A DNA stretch of 64,000 nt from Candidatus Omnitrophota bacterium. GTDB taxonomy: Bacteria > Omnitrophota > Gorgyraeia > Zapsychrales > JAHFFX01. This document shows positions 57,784 through 64,000 of the stretch, in pieces; positions within the stretch are counted from its first letter, which is position 1; each line of letters starts with the position of its first letter. The stretch spans positions 19,921 through 83,920 of the forward strand of contig JAHFFW010000004.1 of NCBI GenBank assembly GCA_023247725.1, given 5' to 3'. A program made the position numbers and the translations under genes. Below the pieces are notes generated by a model. It saw nothing but the letters and a program-made list of their open reading frames with translations, did no database searches and was not told the DNA's origin.

Positions 57784-58068
57784 GTGCTCGTGGCTCTTAA
57801 GATTGAAATCCTTGCCAAAGCCGAAGAAAAACCAAAAATGGAAGCCATCGCCAGCGCCATTCAGCAGGGCGCCAAGAATGTGAATGTTTCCGTACAAATC
57901 ATATTCACCAACGATTTCGGTTCCTTTGCCGGCCACTCCTTTAATCCCGCCCAAACGCCCATTGTCTTTATCGCCGGAAAACTCGAATTTTATGGCGGTG
58001 TCCCTCCCCTGTTAGCCATCCAGAAAAAACTCGTTGAGCTTCGCGATAAGGCAAGCCAGGGTTTTTAA
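57784..58068 (+). CDS. Glutaredoxin/thioredoxin-fold-like small protein lacking CxxC (paralog 2)
   Basis: TNDF...FNPAQTPIVFIAGKLEFYGGVPPLLAIQKKL; tandem paralog of 57454..57777. Confidence 0.45.
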   Translation: MLVALKIEILAKAEEKPKMEAIASAIQQGAKNVNVSVQIIFTNDFGSFAGHSFNPAQTPIVFIAGKLEFYGGVPPLLAIQKKLVELRDKASQGF

Positions 58069-58095
58069 AAGCTCGTAACAATAAGTTAAATCGCG

Positions 58096-58611
58096 ATGAT
58101 CGAACATGAATTGTTATTTTTGGGTTTACTGAAAGATGGGCCAAAACATGGCTACGAAATCAAACGGCTCATTGAGGAGGAATTATTTCCCTTTGTTGGG
58201 TTGAAGATTAAGTCCATTTATTATCCTTTAAAAAAGATGGAGCGCTTAGGCCTGGTCAATAAGGATGTCGGCCGGGAAGGCAAATGGCCGGAGAAATATA
58301 TTTATAGCATCACCCCGAAAGGAGAAAAGATCTTTGAACACCTGATTACAGAAAATTTTTTAACGATTGAGCGGCCTTATTTCAATATCGATCTCTCGTT
58401 GTACTTTCTGCCCTTCGTGGAGAAAAAGATTGCGCGCCGCCGGCTGAAAGCCAGAATCATTTTTCTCAAACGAATCATGCGCGATCTAGAAGCGCTGGAA
58501 AAGAATATCAAACCAAATACCCAGCATTTGCGGATCATCCTCTCACATGACATTGCTCTGGTAAACGCCGAGATTAATTCCCTTTCCAGTCTGATTGAGA
58601 CCTTGATTTAA
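58096..58611 (+). CDS. PadR-family transcriptional regulator
   Basis: LLFLGLLKDGPKHGYEIKRLIEE N-terminal winged-helix signature of PadR. Confidence 0.8.
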   Translation: MIEHELLFLGLLKDGPKHGYEIKRLIEEELFPFVGLKIKSIYYPLKKMERLGLVNKDVGREGKWPEKYIYSITPKGEKIFEHLITENFLTIERPYFNIDLSLYFLPFVEKKIARRRLKARIIFLKRIMRDLEALEKNIKPNTQHLRIILSHDIALVNAEINSLSSLIETLI

Positions 58612-58650
58612 TCCTTCCATTGTTTCGTTCAAAATCCCCCAGAATACTTC

Positions 58651-58699
58651 TTGACAAGAGGGAGTGCTGTAATAAAATCTTACTAGTAAAATTTTACTA
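58651..58699 (+). promoter_or_regulatory. Sigma70-like promoter with an overlapping perfect 16-bp palindrome (candidate PadR operator)
   Basis: TTGACA 58651-56, 16-nt spacer, TAAAAT 58673-78; TAGTAAAATTTTACTA perfect palindrome at 58684-99, overlapping TTACTAGTAA (58680-89). Confidence 0.5.
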
Positions 58700-58781
58700 T
58701 TTGCCTTAATAAGACAAAAACAGTTCATTTCATTAGAGATAGAAAGATTCCATCGTTTTATTTCCGACGAGATAACGGGAC

Positions 58782-60299
58782 ATGGACATTCAAAAGATCC
58801 TTTTAGCTGCAGCCGAGCGTTTTCCTCAGAAAGCCGCCCTTATATATAGGGAAGAGACGGTTTCCTTCCAGCAATTGCAGGAAATGGTTTTACAGGTGGC
58901 TAACGCGCTTTTACTTGAAGGCATTCAGAAGTCGGAGAAGATAGGGATCTTTCTACCAAATTGTCCGGAATATCTCTATTCCTATCTCGCCATTTTTTGC
59001 CTGGGCGCTGTCGGCATCCCCTTGGATTATATGCTTAAAATGGATGAGCTTATTTCCTGCCTACGGCATTCCGAGGCCACGGTTCTTATTGCTCAAACGA
59101 ACCCCGCTGTTTCTCTCGATGAACTCAAAAAAGCCGTGCCTTCATTGAAAACAATCATCCTCCTTGGTCCGCATTCAGGAAACTTTCATTCCTTTACAAA
59201 TCTTACCCGCCGCGCTCCTGCCCATCCAATTTCTATCACCACGACCGAGACTGATCCTGCATTGATCATGTATACCTCCGGAACTACCGGGAAGCCCAAA
59301 GGAATTCTATTGAATTATCGGCACTTGGAAGGTTCTCCCAGGGCCATGGAATATTTTGTTGATTTAACCGAAAGGGATGTTAAACTTTGTGCTCTGCCTT
59401 TGAGTCATGTTGGCGGTTTTATCTATATTCAGAATTGCATCATGTTCGGGATCACACTGATCCTTATGGATCGATTTAATCCCTTCGAATTCCTGGGGCT
59501 CATTGCGCGTTACCGGGTGACGTGTTTTCATATTGTCCCCGCCATGTACACGGCCATTCTCACCTTAAAACAGATTGAGAAATTTGATTTGTCTTCGTTA
59601 CGCTGGGTCGTGGTTTTTGGAGCGCCGGGCTCGCCGGATATCTTACAAAGGTTTCATCAGTACTGTCCGAATGCCCAACTGCTCAATGGCTGGGGAATGA
59701 CCGAGACCTGTCCGCCCAACACCGTTACGCCTTTAGGAAGTAACCGAATTGAAAGTGTCGGCAAACCTTCGCCGCATTGTGAAATCAAAATTTTCGATGA
59801 GGAGGACAAGGAGATTCCCGTCGGAAAGATTGGGGAAATCGTGATCCGCGGCTGGGTTGTTATGGAAGGTTACTATAAAGATCCGGAGGCAACCGCCATG
59901 GCCAAGCGTCATGGGTGGTTTCATACGGGAGACCTGGGCCGGTTTGATCAAGAAGGATTTCTCTATATCGTCGGACGCAAAAAGGAAATGATTAAAGTGG
60001 GCGGTCAGATTGTTTACGCCCCCGAGGTTGAATCGGCGTTTTATAAACATGAAGCCGTCGCTGAAGCCGCGGTCATTGGCGTGCCGGATCAATTGCGGGG
60101 TGAGGCCGTGAAGGCCTTTGTGGTTTTAAAAGAGAAGGGAAGTATTGCCAGCGAAGACTTGCGGTATTTTCTTCGGGACCATCTGGCGCATTTCAAGGTG
60201 CCGCAGTCGGTGGAAATCCGCGAGGCCCTGCCTAAGAATCGAACCGGAAAGGTTGACAAAGAGCTCCTTAAACAAGAAGCCCAATCCGTGGGTCAATAA
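58782..60299 (+). CDS. AMP-dependent synthetase/ligase (acyl-CoA synthetase family)
   Basis: YTSGTTGKPKGI AMP-binding motif, TGDLG, KVGG. Confidence 0.85.
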   Translation: MDIQKILLAAAERFPQKAALIYREETVSFQQLQEMVLQVANALLLEGIQKSEKIGIFLPNCPEYLYSYLAIFCLGAVGIPLDYMLKMDELISCLRHSEATVLIAQTNPAVSLDELKKAVPSLKTIILLGPHSGNFHSFTNLTRRAPAHPISITTTETDPALIMYTSGTTGKPKGILLNYRHLEGSPRAMEYFVDLTERDVKLCALPLSHVGGFIYIQNCIMFGITLILMDRFNPFEFLGLIARYRVTCFHIVPAMYTAILTLKQIEKFDLSSLRWVVVFGAPGSPDILQRFHQYCPNAQLLNGWGMTETCPPNTVTPLGSNRIESVGKPSPHCEIKIFDEEDKEIPVGKIGEIVIRGWVVMEGYYKDPEATAMAKRHGWFHTGDLGRFDQEGFLYIVGRKKEMIKVGGQIVYAPEVESAFYKHEAVAEAAVIGVPDQLRGEAVKAFVVLKEKGSIASEDLRYFLRDHLAHFKVPQSVEIREALPKNRTGKVDKELLKQEAQSVGQ

Positions 60300-60313
60300 G
60301 AAAGGGAAAGGAC

Positions 60314-61078
60314 ATGACGAACAAAGTACAAAGAATGACGCGCGACATCCACATGACCGGACAGGATTTGACCAATATGGTGCAGTTAAGGCCGACGGAC
60401 CTTGGCAAATATGCCATCGTGCCTGGACCGAAGGAGCGGCTGGACAATCTGGTCAAGAAATTGGAAAACCCGATCAAAAATTTCACGTTTATGGAATATT
60501 CCATGTTCACCGGCATGTATCAGGGAATTAAGATGACCGCCATGAACGGGGGGCGGTTTTCGGCGGATACCGCGATCACGACGGAACTCCTGTGCAACGC
60601 CCAGGCCAGGCACATGATCCGGATCGGGAGCTGCGGGGCCTTGAGCGATGAGATCAACATCGGTGACATCATTGTGGTCAATGGGGCCATCGCCGGCGAA
60701 GGCGTGACCCCTTATTATGTCCATAAGGATTTCAAGATTGAAACCGATAAGGCCTTGACCGAGGCGATCTATGCGGTGGCGCAAAAAAGCGGTCATCAAA
60801 TCCATCTCGGGAAAGTCTGGTCTACCGATGCCATTTTGCGGGAGACCAAAGAAAACGTCAATAACGCCATCGATCAGGGTGCGATTGCCGTCGATATGGT
60901 GTCATCCGTCTTTTTGACCCTGTGCCAGCTTTATGAAATTCCGGCAACGGTCATTCTGGCCGTGAGTGACAATATCATCACCGGCGAAATGGGATTCCTT
61001 TCGCCGAATTATTATATGGCGGAGAGTTCGTTGGTGACGATTGCGTTGAACCTGATAAAGAAACTGGAAGAAAAGTAA
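60314..61078 (+). CDS. Nucleoside phosphorylase, PNP/UDP family I (DeoD-like; possible MTA phosphorylase)
   Basis: RIGSCGAL phosphate/ribose-binding motif, overall PNP_UDP_1 layout. Confidence 0.65.
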   Translation: MTNKVQRMTRDIHMTGQDLTNMVQLRPTDLGKYAIVPGPKERLDNLVKKLENPIKNFTFMEYSMFTGMYQGIKMTAMNGGRFSADTAITTELLCNAQARHMIRIGSCGALSDEINIGDIIVVNGAIAGEGVTPYYVHKDFKIETDKALTEAIYAVAQKSGHQIHLGKVWSTDAILRETKENVNNAIDQGAIAVDMVSSVFLTLCQLYEIPATVILAVSDNIITGEMGFLSPNYYMAESSLVTIALNLIKKLEEK

Positions 61079-61088
61079 ACGAGGGAGG

Positions 61089-61289
61089 ATGGCCATGAAA
61101 TTTCCGGTAACGGTGCATAAAAGTTCCTATGGCTACGATGTCCACTGTCCTCTTCTGCCGGGGTGTCATAGTCAGGGAGAAAGCATTGAAGAAGCCTTAG
61201 AGAATATCAAGGACGCCATTAAAACATATTTGGAAATGGTCGCTGACGAAGAAAAAGGCCAGCTTTATGAAGTTGAAGTAGGAGTCTGA
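61089..61289 (+). CDS. hicB: HicB-family antitoxin (UPF0150-like)
   Basis: 66 aa; HKSSYGYDVHCPLLPGCHSQGESIEEALENIKDAIKTYLE matches the HicB N-terminal fold signature. Confidence 0.65.
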   Translation: MAMKFPVTVHKSSYGYDVHCPLLPGCHSQGESIEEALENIKDAIKTYLEMVADEEKGQLYEVEVGV

Positions 61290-61498
61290 TGCTCTTTACG
61301 GATCTTTCTTCTGACCGTGTTGTTAAAGCTTTGACCAAAGCGGGTTTTAAAATTATTCGTCAGGGAAAACATATTGGCATGTCGAATGGCACTAAGTTCT
61401 TGGTGATCCCCCGTCATCCACGGATTAACCCTTATACATCGAAAGGGATTATTCGTGATGCCGGGTTAACGGAAGAACAGTTTAAGGAACTTATTTGA
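61289..61498 (+). CDS. hicA: HicA-family toxin (YcfA-like)
   Basis: 69 aa; VVKALTKAGFKIIRQGKHIGMSNGTKFLVIPRHP...KGIIRDAGL matches the HicA pattern; the start overlaps the hicB stop. Confidence 0.65.
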   Translation: MLFTDLSSDRVVKALTKAGFKIIRQGKHIGMSNGTKFLVIPRHPRINPYTSKGIIRDAGLTEEQFKELI

Positions 61499-61573
61499 AA
61501 AAATCCTACCGAAAAGATATCTACAGCACCGTTTTTGTGAGACCTATGAAAAGATGCTAAAGGATCCTCGATT

Positions 61574-62551
61574 ATGAAAGAATCCCCTTTATTCTGGCCG
61601 GCCCAATTAAAAGGCCGGACTCTACTGGTCCTCGATGAGACATTGATCCCCAAGAAAATTCATTACATCAAAGTCAAAGGGACCAATGATGCGGTCCGGG
61701 TTATCCGCCAGATGAAAACCCGGGCCTTTGGCCAGTTTTTGGTTGTCTTCAATACATTCCTTTTGACACTTAAAACCTCATCGGAAACGTCCCAGGTCTT
61801 GATGAAAGAGATCAAAAAAACCGCGCAGGCCCTGAATAACAGCCGACCGACGTTTCCTTTTGGAGAGGTCACTGCGGTCGTCGTGAATTGGGCGCAAATC
61901 GCTTTGGATCATGGACAAGAACTTCCAGCGATGAAAAGGTTTCTCGAAAAAAATATTCAAGGATACCTCCAAGGAATTCGCCATCGCCGCCTTGCGCGAG
62001 TGGCACAGATCGCGTCAGTGATCGAAGATGGAGACCGAATCTTGACCCATTGCAATGTCAGCGGCGAATTGGCCATGGCGGCTCAGATTTGTCAGCAATC
62101 GAACAAACGTGTGCATTTTTTTGCCACCGAAACCCGCCCCTTTTTTCAAGGCACGAAGCTCACTTGCTGGGAATTGCAAAAGCTCGGCGCGAATGTGACC
62201 CTTGTGGCAGACAATGCCGTTGGATCGCTTTTGCAAGATGGTTTGGTTGACAAGGTGATTGTTGGGTCAGACCGGTCTTGCGCCAATGGCGACATCGCCA
62301 ACAAGATCGGAACATATCAGATTGCGGTTTTGGCTAAAGAATTCGGCGTGCCTTTTTTTGCCCTGACGCAACCCTCCACCCGGATTGCCCGCGGAGAAGA
62401 CATCCCGATCGAGATCCGTGACCCCCATGAGCTTTTGCAGTTTGGAAAACGAAAAATCGTGGCTGGAGGTGTCCGGGGTTTTTATCCAGGATTCGATGTG
62501 ACTCCTCGGGAATTGATCGGAAAATCCATTGCCATCCATGTCCAATCCTAA
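61574..62551 (+). CDS. mtnA: eIF-2B/MtnA-family isomerase (methylthioribose-1-phosphate isomerase candidate)
   Basis: ILTHCNVSG, GSDRSCANGDIANKIGTYQIAVLAKEFGVPFFAL. Near-identical block architecture to MtnA; the N-terminal domain is degenerate. Confidence 0.65.
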   Translation: MKESPLFWPAQLKGRTLLVLDETLIPKKIHYIKVKGTNDAVRVIRQMKTRAFGQFLVVFNTFLLTLKTSSETSQVLMKEIKKTAQALNNSRPTFPFGEVTAVVVNWAQIALDHGQELPAMKRFLEKNIQGYLQGIRHRRLARVAQIASVIEDGDRILTHCNVSGELAMAAQICQQSNKRVHFFATETRPFFQGTKLTCWELQKLGANVTLVADNAVGSLLQDGLVDKVIVGSDRSCANGDIANKIGTYQIAVLAKEFGVPFFALTQPSTRIARGEDIPIEIRDPHELLQFGKRKIVAGGVRGFYPGFDVTPRELIGKSIAIHVQS

Positions 62552-63017
62552 GGAGCCGGTCCTTCTCATTCAAGGGGTTTTGGCGGAAAGATTTTTTGAC
62601 GAATTAAAAAAGCGTTCCACCGATCAGGTGTTTCTGATGGAAGGCCGTCCGACGCTGGAAGCGGCCACTCGAGGTTGCCGGCAACTTTTAAAACGACGGA
62701 TCACCCCGACCTTGATTTCCGACAATATGGCTGGTGTTCTTTTTTATAAAAATTTGGTGAAAGAAGTTTGGATGGCTTACCAGGATACGGATCAAGAGGG
62801 CGCGGTTTGCGATTCTGGGGCGCTCATTCTCGGCGTTTTGGCTAAGCGTCACGTCATTCCGGTTAAGCTTTTTCCGGCGCAGCGTAAGACGAGTTTTTTA
62901 GGAAGACCCGAGCAGCTTTTGTGTTTTCAAGGAACCCGCTTGGCGCCCAAAGGCATCAAGGCTTATGTGCCATTGGTAGAATGGGTGCCCGGAAAATACA
63001 TTTCGGAGATCCATTAG
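62529..63017 (+). CDS. Truncated eIF-2B/MtnA-like paralog (C-terminal domain only)
   Basis: VFLMEGRPTLEAATRGCRQLL...TLISDNMAGVL...GALILGVLAKRHVIPVKLF follows the eIF2B-family C-terminal Rossmann-like pattern but lacks the N-terminal domain and the THCN motif. Confidence 0.45.
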   Translation: MPSMSNPKEPVLLIQGVLAERFFDELKKRSTDQVFLMEGRPTLEAATRGCRQLLKRRITPTLISDNMAGVLFYKNLVKEVWMAYQDTDQEGAVCDSGALILGVLAKRHVIPVKLFPAQRKTSFLGRPEQLLCFQGTRLAPKGIKAYVPLVEWVPGKYISEIH

Positions 63018-64000
63018 ATGCAGGACCTAATCACTATTAAAACCTTTCGCCGTAATTTCGAGGCGGAGCAAGCCAAGGAATTGCTTAAGGCAAATCAAAT
63101 CGAGGCGATTGTTTCTATTCCCAACTGGGGCGGCATTCTAAAGAGAGGTCCCCGAAGGTTTAGGAAATGTTCAACTCTTGGTTCATCAAAGTGAGGCTCA
63201 AAAGGCCCTCGATCTTTTGGAGTCGACCGAAAGTGAAGTCGACAATTCGGTTTTGCAAGAGGCCGTAGAAAACAATACCATGCTGTCGTTTCAACCGGAG
63301 AAAAAAGCGGAGAAAACTTATCGTCTTGTCCCCATGATGTTAGTTGTCGTTGTAATTTTTTTTCTGTCTATCGCGGCGGTTAATTTTTTTAGACCCTGGA
63401 TTTTCGTTGAATATTATAAAGGTGCAAAAGGTAATATCCATAAAGCGGTGCGAAGTGAAGCCATTGTCAGCCGGGGCAAGGCTAATGGCCTTTTGAAAGA
63501 ATTCTATCAAAATGGAGTTCTGCGCCGCACCGGTAATTTCCGTAACGGTCGGGCCGAGGGGATTTTTCGGCACTATGACGATAAAGGACATTTAAAAAGT
63601 GAAGCGACTTATCAGGACGGTAAATTGTATGGACCAACAAAAAGTTATTATGAAAACGGACAATTGGAATCTGAATTCAATTTTTTTGATAATGAGTTCG
63701 ATGGAATCCAGAAAGTTTATTATCCCAGCGGGGAGATTTGGCGTGAATTCACCTATCAAGGGGGAACGCGGCTGGATAAATCTGGAAATCCGGTTTCCGG
63801 AATGTTAAAAGAGTATCATGACAATGGAATTTTGGTCCTTGAAGAAAATTATGTCGCTGGACGGTTGCAGGGTGCGGCCCAATATTATGATCGTGAGGGT
63901 CATTTGGCTAACATTCAAGTTTTTGACCACGGAATCCCATTAGTTTTTAAGGAATTTTATACGAACGGTCAAGTAAGACATGAAGCGTATTATTCTCAGT
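63018..64000 (+). pseudogene. DUF2007-like domain + TM helix + MORN/YwqK-like repeat protein, reading frame interrupted at a C4 run (63150-63153); 3' end outside window
   Basis: Frame A (63018-63194) encodes MQDLITIKTFRRNFEAEQAKELLKANQIEAIVSIPNWGG... A -1 shift at GGTCCCCGAAGG continues as EGLGNVQLLVHQSEAQKALDLLES (completing the DUF2007 pattern), then TM (LVPMMLVVVVIFFLSIAAV) and MORN-like repeats (YQNGVLRRTGNFRNGRAEG..., YENGQLESEFNF...). Confidence 0.45.
63280..64000 (+). CDS. Alternative reading: independent TM-anchored MORN-repeat (YwqK-like) protein, partial
   Basis: ATG 63280 follows an in-frame TAG. TM helix then at least five MORN-like repeats (G..Y..NG.L). Not listed in the track because it is open at the 3' end. 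Confidence 0.5.
   Translation, partial: MLSFQPEKKAEKTYRLVPMMLVVVVIFFLSIAAVNFFRPWIFVEYYKGAKGNIHKAVRSEAIVSRGKANGLLKEFYQNGVLRRTGNFRNGRAEGIFRHYDDKGHLKSEATYQDGKLYGPTKSYYENGQLESEFNFFDNEFDGIQKVYYPSGEIWREFTYQGGTRLDKSGNPVSGMLKEYHDNGILVLEENYVAGRLQGAAQYYDREGHLANIQVFDHGIPLVFKEFYTNGQVRHEAYYSQ

Noticed and set aside
59733-60092. Minus-strand 119-aa ORF within the acyl-CoA ligase gene
   Set aside because: It is antisense to a CDS with canonical AMP-binding motifs and has no supporting signal.

Overview
The window is about 64 kb at roughly 47-48% GC. It looks like a bacterial chromosome segment, probably from an uncultivated lineage. I did not recognise any rRNA, tRNA or CRISPR array. Essentially every convincing gene lies on the + strand in tightly packed, often start/stop-overlapping operons; the minus-strand ORFs in the track look like antisense artefacts.

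- Part 1 (about 250-38,800) is a very large glycan biosynthesis and modification island. It holds ThDP enzymes (a pyruvate-dehydrogenase-E1-like alpha and beta separated by 16 kb, and a split transketolase), two tandem B12-binding radical SAM enzymes, many SDRs, an AsnB-type amidotransferase, and FAD/GMC oxidoreductases. It also holds several SAM methyltransferases, including a TcaB9/TylCIII-like sugar C-methyltransferase and two paralogous methyltransferases. There are three DPM1/CsbB/GtrB-like GT2 enzymes, each followed by a large polytopic GT-C-like membrane protein (two YfhO-like, one PMT/ArnT-like with an FYDEG motif, one unclassified). A FemAB-like acyltransferase and an ApbE flavin-transferase lipoprotein sit at the distal end.
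- Part 2 (38.9-50.4 kb) is a glucan-metabolism block: GlgP, GlgB, a GH57 enzyme and MalQ. It is interrupted by thyA-folA and a REC-EAL response regulator.
- Part 3 (50.4-58 kb) holds a lipoprotein behind a structured GC-rich leader, hldD, a 746-aa membrane-anchored coiled-coil protein with internal repeats, an alcohol dehydrogenase plus class I aldolase pair, a lipoprotein and two Cys-less glutaredoxin-like paralogs.
- Part 4 (58-64 kb) holds a PadR regulator with a perfect 16-bp palindrome in the promoter of a downstream acyl-CoA ligase, and a nucleoside phosphorylase plus MtnA-like isomerase split by a hicB-hicA toxin-antitoxin pair. It ends with a truncated eIF2B-like paralog and an apparently frameshifted DUF2007-TM-MORN gene.

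The candidate novel system I would prioritise is the modular GT2 plus GT-C periplasmic glycosylation machinery, coupled to an unusual branched/C-methylated sugar pathway. It includes two tandem paralogous small membrane proteins carrying winged-helix-like C-termini. All family assignments come from motif-level reading of the translations, not from database searches.
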